Origin: Ignavibacteriales bacterium
GTDB lineage: Bacteria > Bacteroidota > Ignavibacteria > UBA10030
Direction: 5' to 3'
Assembly (NCBI GenBank): GCA_026390585.1
Contig: JAPLFP010000201.1
Coordinates: forward strand, 1,247-65,246
Length of the DNA stretch: 64,000 nucleotides
In this document: piece by piece, positions 55,904 through 64,000 of the stretch
How positions within the stretch are numbered: the stretch's first letter is position 1
How the letters are laid out: each line of letters starts with the position of its first letter
Translations under genes and position numbers: made by a program
The notes under the pieces: model-generated
Told to the model about the DNA's origin: nothing
Seen by the model: only the letters and a program-made list of their open reading frames with translations
Databases searched by the model: none

Positions 55904-56010
55904 TCACGCAAAGTCGCAAAGACGCAGAGCAAATCTAGAAACTAGAACTTTTGCTGCTCTGCGCCTGCCTGCCGCAGTGAGATCTCCATGGCGGGCAGGT
56001 TTCTGCGTGA
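55904..56010. repeat. Word-doublet nested palindrome (copy E)
   Basis: TCACGCA AAGT CGCAAAGA CGCAGAGC ... GCTGCTCTGCG ... CCTGCCTGCC-(16 nt)-GGCGGGCAGG ... TGCGTGA. It shares the CGCAAAGTCGCAAAGA word pair with copy B (20927-20942). Confidence 0.6.
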
Positions 56011-56204
56011 GACTATTTTCTTTCCCAGAGTGTTTTTGAGATAGGATTTTAGAAGTCCAGAGCTAACGAGTCCTTCTCCTCAGTTTCCCATCAAAGCACC
56101 AATAGCTCGTGGAGGTACGACGGGCCTTCTCCAGATGTTATGCATCACCGTTCTCAGCTCACTCGCCCCGATCCCCCAAGAGTCCACTTAGCAACAGAAA
56201 AACG

Positions 56205-56956
56205 ATGTTGATCACTAAACAAACCAGCCGGTTGTTTCTGTGGGTTACGGTTCTCTGGCTTGCATTGCCTCCTTCGGGACTCCTCGGCCAGGGAATGCCC
56301 CGCGCCATCGTTCGAGGTCAAGTCGTTGACGACTCAACTGGTGCCGTGATCCCCTTGGCAAATGTGTTTGTGGTCAGCTCAAAGATCGGCACCAGCTTTC
56401 GGTGACCGCACGAGAACCGCTGAAGGTTGAGAACAAAGCTCTTGGCTATCTCTTTCAGTGTGTGTTGATGTATAGCACGGTAGGAACAGGCACCTTTCAA
56501 TTCACCGCGTTCGTAGGATTTGAAGGGCTCAAGACGACAAATGACAAAGAAGCGAAAGAGTGGGAGAGCAGCCGTCGAAAAGCATACTATGGTTCGAAAA
56601 GGCATTTCCTGGAGTCCCTGATCAGGAAACGATCGAAAGAAGAGGGCTTCACTGCGAATCTGATCGGATTTTCCGGGCAACGAGAAGCATTGCACAAACC
56701 GGTCGAGTTGGAAGTGAATCCGGACACACTGGTGAGTCCCAGTGATTCGCCATATGAGAGGAAACTCAGCTTCATGGGTTACTTGCAGGTTGTCTATTCC
56801 CGCGATGGCGTACTACATATCTCTCTTCTCGAATTGCAGGGACTTGTAGCCGTTATCTACACGAATGGACTGAATCCGCCTGGCATTTGGACACATGGTT
56901 ATTGGTCATTGCAGAGGGCAGCGGAGATGCTGCCGGTTGATTATGAACCGGAGTAG
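56205..56956 (+). pseudogene. CarboxypepD_reg-like domain protein, disrupted (frame change and probably an internal deletion near 56395-56405)
   Basis: Piece 1 (56205..56405): signal-like MLITKQTSRLFLWVTVLWLAL, then VRGQVVDDSTGAVIPLANVFVVSSKIGTS, then stop. Piece 2 (56402..56956, different frame): EPLKVENKALGYLF...RRKAYYGSKRHFLESLIRKRSKEEGF, as in full-length family members. The rest of the beta-sandwich between the two blocks is absent. Confidence 0.55.
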
Positions 56957-56985
56957 GCGTCCCCCCGCAAACCTGGTAAAATCCC

Positions 56986-57010
56986 GGAATCTTCCTGAGC
57001 TTGCACCGTA
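56986..57010 (+). promoter_or_regulatory. ECF-type promoter candidate upstream of sigma cassette 3
   Basis: GGAAT (56986-56990), a 16-nt spacer, then CGTA (57007-57010). This resembles the GAAC/GGAAT-N16-CGT architecture of many ECF autoregulated promoters. Confidence 0.25.
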
Positions 57011-57114
57011 GATTTCGGGATTCTTCCTGCGCTTCCCCCAGCGAGCAAGTTTTACCCTCTTTTCGCATCTTACCTCTTGTAGATACAGTTGTAGCCATCC
57101 GCACCGTGATCTCA

Positions 57115-57678
57115 ATGCACTCTCCTGAAGACAGTGAATTGCTAAGCCAGATCCGTTCCGGCAACGAACGGGCCTTTACGGATCTCTATAACAAGCACCG
57201 GAGAAGACTGCTGGCGTATTGTTTCCGTTTGCTGCAGGACCGGGTCGCGGCGGAAGATGTGGTGCAAGTGGCATTTCAGAAGGCATATGAATCACTCAGC
57301 TCACTCAACAAACCCGAGCTATTTTTCTACTGGCTGTATAGTATTGCACGCAATGAAGTCTATAGCGTGGTTCGCAGAACACGAAAAAACGGCACAATTT
57401 CTTCCATCGACGATGAGAAAGACATCTGGGACGAAGAGACACCGCACGAGCTCGTGTTGAAGAATGAATTGGCAGAACTTGTGCAATATCATCTCAATCA
57501 TTTGAAACTGGAGTATCGAGAAGTCTTGATATTACGGCAGTATGACAAACTATCGTACGCAGAGATCGCAGCCATAACGGGTGACACCATCAGCTCGGTT
57601 GAGTCGAGACTTTTCAAGGCACGTAAAGCGTTAGCAAAGAAGCTTGCGCCATATTTTAACGAAGAGGAGAAATCATGA
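57115..57678 (+). CDS. ECF-type RNA polymerase sigma factor (cassette 3)
   Basis: EDVVQVAFQKAY, WLYSIARNEVY, YREVLILRQYDKLSYAEIAAITGDTISSVESRLFKARKAL. The track start 57001 is rejected in favour of ATG 57115, by alignment with the paralogues. Confidence 0.9.
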   Translation: MHSPEDSELLSQIRSGNERAFTDLYNKHRRRLLAYCFRLLQDRVAAEDVVQVAFQKAYESLSSLNKPELFFYWLYSIARNEVYSVVRRTRKNGTISSIDDEKDIWDEETPHELVLKNELAELVQYHLNHLKLEYREVLILRQYDKLSYAEIAAITGDTISSVESRLFKARKALAKKLAPYFNEEEKS

Positions 57679-58058
57679 ATTGCGTGGAATACCAACAAAT
57701 GATCAGCAGGCTTGTCGATCTCGAGTTGAAGGCGGCGGCGAGTACGGAGCTGTTTGAGCATCTTGGAAAGTGCGCTGAGTGCCGGGAGTTTCTTGATACG
57801 ATGATGAAGCTAACTGCAGAACTCGATAAGGTTGGAATGCCGCTGGAGCATTCCGAATCGATAAGCGACAAGCGTTTCTATGTCGGCGACCGAATGTCCG
57901 CTCCTCGGATGGCTGGGCCACGGTCTTTTCGTTCTCGCATCTCAACGTTTGCGTTGCTTATCATGCTTACGCTTTTCATCGGGCTACTCTTTTCGGTGAA
58001 CATCAGTGCACAGAGAACACAAGAGCCAATTCCTCAAGAACTGGTTCAACCACGCTGA
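57675..58058 (+). CDS. Anti-sigma factor (zf-HC2), single TM, short ectodomain (cassette 3)
   Basis: FEHLGKCAECREFL; TM FALLIMLTLFIGLLFSV; about 22 residues after the TM. ATGA overlap with the sigma gene. Confidence 0.85.
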   Translation: MNCVEYQQMISRLVDLELKAAASTELFEHLGKCAECREFLDTMMKLTAELDKVGMPLEHSESISDKRFYVGDRMSAPRMAGPRSFRSRISTFALLIMLTLFIGLLFSVNISAQRTQEPIPQELVQPR

Positions 58059-58090
58059 CATTTGTTGTAGAAACTTCTGGAGACGAAACA

Positions 58091-59626
58091 ATGGACAAGA
58101 AATCTGATAAATCCTCGAGAGAACTTTTGATGTATTTTGTTCTCGCTCTGATGTTTGGCTTGTTGAGCATTCCAGCCGGCAGGATGATCACTCTCACTTA
58201 TTTTCAATCCCCCGGCCATGTGATACTAAATCTGCGCTGGGTGTTCTGGTTGTGCACTACGCTCTCGATTCTCTGCATACTGCCCCTGTTTAGAGCATTC
58301 TTCTTCGTTCTTCACCAGCGCGGCTCTTTACCAAAATCCGTCGACTGGTTATTTACAGATGAAGTCGAACAAAGAATTGAAAATGCTATGGAACGCCTGC
58401 GATCAAAAGTATTCAGTGCTATCGGTCGCCTCGTGATCGCAGGGGCGAGCATCCTTGTCGTTGTCATGCTGTTGTTCCGAACCGGTGCGATCCACAATGA
58501 TGAGATTGACAGCAATCTCTACGCGCTTGCTCACTCTCTGAAGGGCAAGTATCGACAAGAGGCAAAGTTCAGCAACGTTTCAGTGTTAGATTTTATTCGC
58601 CCACATTACGGCGAATATCTCCCCGACTGTCTCAAGCTCGTTCGGGATCTCAAAGAGGCAGGTGCTAAAGTTGTGCTGCTGCGACTCTCGCCCGAAACTA
58701 CGACTCCTCCGGTCGACCCGAAGGAGGGGCTAAGATTAATAAGAGAACTCGAGAACACGGGCATTGTCGTATTTGGCACACCTTATGGACGTGATTTCCG
58801 TTACGCGGATTCGGCGGGCGAAATAAGATTCTCCAAGGGAACGTTTACCGTCTCAGGGCACAACATGGAGGAGTCGATTGATCTTTGTCGATTCAAGCCG
58901 TCGGGAATGGAAAGAGAATACACTGACCCTCTGCGCGATGTAACATTAGAGATCATTCGCAAATACAAGGGGTATTCAGATCATCTCTCACCCGAGCGTG
59001 GCGCAGACCAAATCAGATTTGGTGATTTCACCATACCAGTGACCAACGACGGCTGGATGTTCTCGCGAGACAAGGGCTTCCCCACCGGTCGCACATTGGT
59101 CTATGTGGACAACAAAGGCGATTGGGTGTATTGGCGTCAACAAGGGTCCATGTGGACCTCCCCTGAGGTGAAAAAGGCGGGGTTAGCAGTGTCGACGCCA
59201 CCATTGGGAGCAATGAAACTCCTAGACGCGGAAGTGCAGGGAAAAATCGTCCTTCTGGCCGAGAGTTTCGGCGAGCGCAACATTTTAGGCTCCAGCACCC
59301 GCGCCTACGCCTCGGCTATTGAGAACATTTTGGCCGGAACAATAACCACGAAATCAGAAACAGGCTATCTTTGGTTGTCTGTGGTCTGTGTGGTAATTGC
59401 AGGCTTCATCGCTTATCGCTTTCGAATGGTCGCTGCCATTCTCTTGATGTCTGTCTTGGCTGTTTGCACACTTCTGTTTGGATCCTACCTCTACGACAGT
59501 CAGAATATCCTTCTCGATATTTTTTATCCGCTCATCTCTCTGGCAATGGCAATGGTGGCGTTTCCGGCTATTGCGTTGGGGCGGAGGGGACAGGAGAACG
59601 AGGTTTTGAAAGAGGTGGTTAAATAG
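58091..59626 (+). CDS. CHASE2-like membrane sensor protein without an output domain
   Basis: N-terminal TMs, an extracytoplasmic region of about 300 aa (NVSVLDFIRPHYGEYLPDCLKLVRDLKEAGAKVVLLRL resembles the start of CHASE2), three C-terminal TMs, then the protein ends. Confidence 0.45.
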   Translation: MDKKSDKSSRELLMYFVLALMFGLLSIPAGRMITLTYFQSPGHVILNLRWVFWLCTTLSILCILPLFRAFFFVLHQRGSLPKSVDWLFTDEVEQRIENAMERLRSKVFSAIGRLVIAGASILVVVMLLFRTGAIHNDEIDSNLYALAHSLKGKYRQEAKFSNVSVLDFIRPHYGEYLPDCLKLVRDLKEAGAKVVLLRLSPETTTPPVDPKEGLRLIRELENTGIVVFGTPYGRDFRYADSAGEIRFSKGTFTVSGHNMEESIDLCRFKPSGMEREYTDPLRDVTLEIIRKYKGYSDHLSPERGADQIRFGDFTIPVTNDGWMFSRDKGFPTGRTLVYVDNKGDWVYWRQQGSMWTSPEVKKAGLAVSTPPLGAMKLLDAEVQGKIVLLAESFGERNILGSSTRAYASAIENILAGTITTKSETGYLWLSVVCVVIAGFIAYRFRMVAAILLMSVLAVCTLLFGSYLYDSQNILLDIFYPLISLAMAMVAFPAIALGRRGQENEVLKEVVK

Positions 59627-59725
59627 GCTCAAGATTTAGTACGTAAGTCGCACAACAGGAGTCGGGCCATCGGCGCAGTCGGGCTTCTGGAGTTAATCAG
59701 CACGATGGGTCTTCATGTGAAACCG

Positions 59726-59745
59726 CTCCCCCTTTTTAGGGGGAG
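59726..59745. repeat. Perfect GC-rich hairpin 3' of the DUF559 gene
   Basis: CTCCCCCT-tttt-AGGGGGAG. Confidence 0.6.
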
Positions 59746-59756
59746 GCAGGAGGAGG

Positions 59757-60143
59757 TCAGCACACGGCGTTTCGCTTCAACGTAGCTTCGACCTTCTCGA
59801 AGATCATTCGCACCACCCCCTCGCTGTTTGTCAGCACATCTGCATTAATAAACCGCAGAACCTCCAAACCGTCACTTCGCAAATCTGCATCTCGTATCTT
59901 GTCCCGCCGTCTTCCCTCGGGTGTGTAGTGCTGAGAACCATCCACTTCGATGACAAGCTTCGCCTTTACACAATAGAAATCCAGAATATAGAGGTCGTAA
60001 GGGACCTGCCTTCTGAATTTGACTCCAAGCTGGTTGTTGCGAAGCAAGGACCAGAGTTTTCGCTCTGCGTCGGTCATGTTGTGGCGCAGTTCTCTGGACT
60101 TTGAGATCAACGATCTTGTGTATCGAGGGAGGTGTTTTTGCAT
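59757..60143 (-). CDS. DUF559 (Vsr-like PD-(D/E)xK) endonuclease-domain protein
   Basis: SRELRHNMTDAERKLWSLLRNNQLGVKFRRQVPYDLYILDFYCVKAKLVIEVDGSQH...RDADLRSDGLEVLRF. Confidence 0.85.
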   Translation of the reverse strand: MQKHLPRYTRSLISKSRELRHNMTDAERKLWSLLRNNQLGVKFRRQVPYDLYILDFYCVKAKLVIEVDGSQHYTPEGRRRDKIRDADLRSDGLEVLRFINADVLTNSEGVVRMIFEKVEATLKRNAVC

Positions 60144-60186
60144 GTGTGCTCGGAGTGGTGCTGGGTGCCAATGAACCTCACCCTGT

Positions 60187-60207
60187 CCCTCTCCTAAGAG
60201 GAGAGGG
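60187..60207. repeat. Perfect hairpin 5' of the DUF559 gene
   Basis: CCCTCTCCT-aag-AGGAGAGGG. Confidence 0.6.
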
Positions 60208-60344
60208 TAAGATAGTTCAAGTTTTGATGCTAAGTAAATCGATTTGCACTACGGTCTGGTCGCACAACAACAGGGCAAATTGTGTGTAACGTAGGCAACC
60301 TTCCTTCCCCTCCTAGGCGAAGGACAAGATGGGGTCAGCAACCG

Positions 60345-63300
60345 CTACTGCTTCTGCATCTCCAGCTTCTGCAGGGCGTCGAAATACTTGCGGATGAGCT
60401 CCTGGTAGTCTTTGGAGTATCCGTGTTCGAGGGATTTGAGGAGGTCTTCCAGAAGTTTGTTTTTTCCCTCAAGCAATGAGGGATCAAGATCGCCGGGGCC
60501 GCGGCGGGCGACCTGCGTGCCTGTTGTGGCTTTTCGTTTTTTCTCGTAGTCGCGCTCGCGCATGGACTTCGAGGCGTCGAGTAATCGCGAGAGGATCCGT
60601 TCCTGTTTGCGGAGAGTTTCCGGATTGACGTTGTTCTGTGCGAGGTTCTGAACCACCTCTCTCATTTCATCAGCGATCTTGTCGAGATCGCCGAGCATCT
60701 TCTTCTGCTCGCCGCTTGCCTGCGCTTCTTTGTTCAATTGCTCCAGAGATTTGCGCACAGCTTCTTGCTCGACAGCCAGGCGCGCTGCATCCGCTGCCTG
60801 CTGCATGCTCTGTGTCTGCATGTTAATGGATTGCTGCTGACCTGCCATCATCTGAAGCTGCTGCATGAGTCCGCCCATTCCAGATCCGCCCGACTGTTGC
60901 ATCATGTTTTGCATGGCACTCTGAAGCTGGGTGGCGGTTTTGTTCAGCGAACTCATCGATTGGCCCTCTTCCTGCGATGCGCCGTAACCGTTCCGTCCTT
61001 CAAGAGCCTCAAGGGAACTCTGCATATGTGCCATTGCTTCGCCGATGGAGCGTCCAATTTCCGGAGTTACGGCGAAGGATCGCTTCGAAAGTTCACCTAA
61101 CCCGCGAATGACATTCTGCATGTCCTGCATCGCTCGCATTTGATCCTGCGCGTTCTGGCGTAATTGCGGCGAGTTGGTCGGTGCTGCCTGTGCCTGCTGC
61201 TTCAGGCTCTCTTCGCGCTTTGACAGCTCCAGCATATCGTTTGTCGCCCGGCGAAGTGCATTCAACGTCTGCTGCATCTGCTTCTGCAGCATCTCTTGCT
61301 GAATTGATTGCAGTTCATTTGCTTGCTCATGGAGCTCTTGCTCAACCTGCTGCTGTGTTTGCTGCGCTTGCGACAGCTGCCCGGACTGCATTTGTTTGCC
61401 GGCCTGGTTCATCTTTTGCCCAAGTTGCTTTTCTTGCATCTGGGCGTTCAGCTTCTGCATTCGATCCGCAGGCATCTCGGTAAAGAACTCTTCCATGCGC
61501 TTCTGGACATCGGACGTTTCCCGCTCGAGCTGGTGTTGTTTCTCGACCAGATCGTTCTGCTTCTTTGCGAGCTCGCCTCTTTTCTGCTCGTCGTTTGCGG
61601 CCTTGGATGTTTCTTGGGAAAGGTCTTTCTGTGTCTGCTCGAGTTCCTGTGCCCGCTTACGTGCCTCGTCAATTTTCTGTTCTATTTGAATCCGTTTCAG
61701 CAGTTCAATCGTGCGCTCGATGCTTTGACGGAATTGGTCCTCGGAGAATGTTAGTTTCTGCATCGCCTGCTGAAGCTGCTCCTTGTTCAGGTTCTGCATC
61801 GCCTGCTGCATTTGCTTCAGTGCCTGCTGAAGCTCGGCGGAGTTCAACTGCTCGAACATCTGCTGAAGTTCCTGGTACTTCTCCATTGTCTCCTTGGAGA
61901 GTACCTTCTGCTGGTCCATTTTCTGGACCATCTCACTGAGCTTGTTCTGAACGTTGTCCAGTTTCTTTTGGAGCTCCTGATACTTCTTCGACATCTCCTC
62001 CAACTTCTTCTGCTGCTGCCAATCCATCTCCTTGTTCTTCTTCATATCCTGGTTGACGGACTCGATTTTCTCCTTCAACTGTTTGGCATCCTGGAGCGCC
62101 TGCTTCATATCGTCGAGCGACGCCTCATGCCCTTTGTCGACCTCCGCAAAGACCTCTTCGAGAGAAGGAAGACGGATCAGAAATGTCTGACTCTTTCCTG
62201 ACTTGGGTCCGCGCACAGCGTCATTATCAAATACCTCTGCGTAGTATTCGATGACGTCCTCCGGAACGAGATGTAGAGGCGTCAGATCCCATGTATACGG
62301 CAACTCGAGTTCTGTTGAAATACCCGATGGGAGAGCGATGGAAACGAATCGTGGGGATTCCCAGGGCTTCTCATAGCGGGAATGGACCATGCGATACCCA
62401 ATCCGAAGGGCCGATATTCCAAAATCGTCTTTGGCTTGTATCAAGAGACGGAGAAACGGATCGCCGGTAAGGTCGGTATTGCGTCCGGGTTGAAGGAGCG
62501 CGACCGTCGGAGATTCATCAGGAATGATCTTCAGTTGATAGCGAATAGGATCGGCGTTCGCAAGGTTTTCTGTATCGTTGACATGGATATGGTAGTCCGT
62601 CTCGGTCTCGAGTCGGAAAGACGCAGAGAACTTCTGATTGTTGATAGCCAACGAGAGCGGTGCACCCGTGCCGAAGACGACCGTTCCTCCGCGGAGGTCC
62701 TTGCTGGCGATACCGGAAAGAGTAATTTTCGTTCCGGCAAGGGCTGTGACATCGCCGATGAATTCGTCCTGGACCTTCGGCGGCAACTTCGTATATCCGG
62801 GGTAATCAAGTCGCACCTGGAACGAACGGAAGACAGGCCGGTCAACGACGGTGAGCTTGTATCGCTGACTTTCTGCGTTGGAAATCGTAGCATAGTACTC
62901 CGTTGTGCCGCGAATATTCTGAAATGTGGTCCTGTACACTCCTGCAGAATCCGGTCGAAGCTCAGCATGCTCGAAGGTCTTCGTTCCCTCCAGTCGCCAG
63001 AATAAGCCAAGAGCATGCCGATGTGTGGCTTCTGGGAGGAGGTGAACGGTCTGGACGCGAACGGCAATCTGGATCGTCTGCCCTTTGATGACCTCGCTGT
63101 TTCCCGGCGTCACTTCAAGAGCAAATTCCGCGGGGGAGACGAATTCCCTGTTGTAGTGGATGATTCGAAACAGCGAGTCCACGAATTGTCCCGGAGAGGC
63201 AAAGACAAGGAGAAGCGAGCCGAAAAAGCTCACGGCGAAGAGTTTCACGGAGCGCAGGACAGGTGAAGTATTGATCGAAGCGGTGAAATCGAGGTCGCGG

Positions 63301-63734
63301 ATATTGTCAGCGAGATCCTGAAATGAAGCATCGACAAGCTCGGGGGAGTACAAGGACTTCCCGGCAACGATTTCCTGATGCAACTGGAGAAGGTTCAGCA
63401 ATCGGTCGTGAATCTGGGGGAACGAGGCTCCAACAATTGTTGCGAGCTCAAAATCATCTGCTGACCGGAGCACGCCGAGGGCCTTCAGAACAGGACGGCC
63501 AACATACCACAGGAATAACAAACCAGTGAGTGCGAAAATGAAGAAGAAGACTGCTGTTCGACCTGAGCTGTCAAGTCTGAATCCAAGCTCGAGAAGCGTC
63601 GCAGCGACAAGCGCAAGGATGACGATCGTGCAGAACGAAAGGATGTTGGCGCGAAGCTCAACAGAGTGCTGGCGCTTTCGTGTGGCGGAGAGACGGTGGA
63701 GAATGTCGGTTAATATGTTAGAGGATGATGGCAA
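60345..63734 (-). CDS. DUF4175-like membrane protein with a very long Gln/Lys/Glu-rich coiled coil
   Basis: Two N-terminal TMs (ILSFCTIVILALVAATLLEL, VFFFIFALTGLLFLWYV), ATIVGASFPQIHDRLLNLLQL (the DUF4175 signature as I recall it), a beta-rich middle, and about 500 aa of heptad-like QQ/KE-rich sequence. TTG start. Confidence 0.7.
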   Translation of the reverse strand: MPSSSNILTDILHRLSATRKRQHSVELRANILSFCTIVILALVAATLLELGFRLDSSGRTAVFFFIFALTGLLFLWYVGRPVLKALGVLRSADDFELATIVGASFPQIHDRLLNLLQLHQEIVAGKSLYSPELVDASFQDLADNIRDLDFTASINTSPVLRSVKLFAVSFFGSLLLVFASPGQFVDSLFRIIHYNREFVSPAEFALEVTPGNSEVIKGQTIQIAVRVQTVHLLPEATHRHALGLFWRLEGTKTFEHAELRPDSAGVYRTTFQNIRGTTEYYATISNAESQRYKLTVVDRPVFRSFQVRLDYPGYTKLPPKVQDEFIGDVTALAGTKITLSGIASKDLRGGTVVFGTGAPLSLAINNQKFSASFRLETETDYHIHVNDTENLANADPIRYQLKIIPDESPTVALLQPGRNTDLTGDPFLRLLIQAKDDFGISALRIGYRMVHSRYEKPWESPRFVSIALPSGISTELELPYTWDLTPLHLVPEDVIEYYAEVFDNDAVRGPKSGKSQTFLIRLPSLEEVFAEVDKGHEASLDDMKQALQDAKQLKEKIESVNQDMKKNKEMDWQQQKKLEEMSKKYQELQKKLDNVQNKLSEMVQKMDQQKVLSKETMEKYQELQQMFEQLNSAELQQALKQMQQAMQNLNKEQLQQAMQKLTFSEDQFRQSIERTIELLKRIQIEQKIDEARKRAQELEQTQKDLSQETSKAANDEQKRGELAKKQNDLVEKQHQLERETSDVQKRMEEFFTEMPADRMQKLNAQMQEKQLGQKMNQAGKQMQSGQLSQAQQTQQQVEQELHEQANELQSIQQEMLQKQMQQTLNALRRATNDMLELSKREESLKQQAQAAPTNSPQLRQNAQDQMRAMQDMQNVIRGLGELSKRSFAVTPEIGRSIGEAMAHMQSSLEALEGRNGYGASQEEGQSMSSLNKTATQLQSAMQNMMQQSGGSGMGGLMQQLQMMAGQQQSINMQTQSMQQAADAARLAVEQEAVRKSLEQLNKEAQASGEQKKMLGDLDKIADEMREVVQNLAQNNVNPETLRKQERILSRLLDASKSMRERDYEKKRKATTGTQVARRGPGDLDPSLLEGKNKLLEDLLKSLEHGYSKDYQELIRKYFDALQKLEMQKQ

Positions 63735-63749
63735 GTGTCGGGCAAAATT

Positions 63750-63892
63750 CTAAATCCTAAACCTCAAATCTCAAACAAACTCCAAACTCGAAATTCGAAA
63801 CAAAGTGTTGGTCCGAAGTTTTGAATTCGGATTTCGACATTAGTGCTTCGTATTTCATTTGATATTTCGATATTCGTATTTCGAATTTCAAG
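63750..63892. repeat. About 145-nt imperfect palindrome built from heptamer word doublets
   Basis: Left arm: CTAAATC CTAAACC TCAAATC TCAAACA AACTCCA AACTCGA AATTCGA. Right arm: ...GAATTCG GATTTCG ... TCGATAT TCGTATT TCGAATT (complementary vocabulary). Confidence 0.6.
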
Positions 63893-63915
63893 ACAGTGCT
63901 TTCAAACCGAGGCCT

Positions 63916-64000
63916 TTAGTGACTCAACGCCCACACCACAATGTTCGTTCCGAAGCGAAGCGCTTCCTGGCGAACGGATTCAGGGTCGCCATGCACTTCT
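63916..64000 (-). CDS. C-terminal end of a DUF4159-like protein (5' part beyond the window)
   Basis: My minus-strand translation is ...EVHGDPESVRQEALRFGTNIVVWALSH*, with the stop at 63918..63916. The ending resembles the ..G.NI..YAL.H tail of DUF4159 proteins, which commonly neighbour DUF4175. Confidence 0.45.
   Translation of the reverse strand, partial: EVHGDPESVRQEALRFGTNIVVWALSH

Noticed and set aside
60800-62100. Apparent DNA repetitiveness (cagcag/ctgctg, aag/ctt runs) that might be a tandem repeat array
   Set aside because: There is no fixed repeat unit. The periodicity is codon-level bias of a coiled-coil protein.
61181-62201. Several Leu-rich plus-strand ORFs (100-148 aa)
   Set aside because: They are antisense to the Gln/Lys/Glu-rich coiled-coil region of the DUF4175-like gene. 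CTG/CAG complementarity automatically creates open Leu-rich frames.

Overview
About 60 genes on what looks like a chromosomal segment of an FCB-group bacterium (Ignavibacteria- or Bacteroidota-like). That origin is inferred from gene content only: lipoproteins, TonB_C, CarboxypepD_reg, DUF4175/DUF4159 and Sel1 proteins.

Layout:
- 1-8.5 kb: partial S8 protease, CheY-like receiver, a frameshifted golvesin/amidase-like lipoprotein gene, a GMC oxidoreductase remnant, and YbaK-like and WrbA-like genes.
- 8.5-21 kb: an accessory (defence) island. It starts with a truncated tyrosine-integrase remnant and carries a type I R-M operon in the unusual order hsdR-hsdS-x-y-hsdM, where x is DUF4062-like and y is an AlbA_2/Schlafen-like ATPase. 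A tightly coupled operon follows: a PD-(D/E)xK-like protein with a wHTH insert, a Hanks Ser/Thr kinase, an unrecognisable 388-aa protein, and a separate 142-aa ORF.
- 21-32.8 kb: cNMP-binding protein, thioesterase, MFS transporter, and a secreted peptide-scavenging set (GGT, two M14 paralogues of which one is predicted inactive, DPP-IV, M28).
- 32.8-44 kb: a minus-strand housekeeping block (GNAT, GT39, an NAD(P)H-binding (atypical SDR-like) protein, Omp85-like, Sel1, trpF, EamA, a metallophosphoesterase, tag).
- 44-59.6 kb: three paralogous ECF sigma / minimal anti-sigma cassettes, each with a different envelope partner. The region also holds glnB-amtB, an anciently duplicated three-gene membrane module (A-B-C twice) and a stand-alone pilin-like paralogue.
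- 59.7-64 kb: DUF559 endonuclease, a DUF4175-like coiled-coil giant, and the DUF4159-like C-terminus.

The two best candidates for an undescribed system are the kinase-centred operon at 17.5-20.8 kb and the sigma-linked duplicated A-B-C membrane module at 48.3-53.5 kb.

Other observations: two broken genes, one gene fragment, and a dispersed family of intergenic elements built from tandem 7-8 nt words arranged as imperfect palindromes. I recognised no rRNA, tRNA or CRISPR array. All family assignments come from motif recognition by eye and need HMM or structure confirmation.
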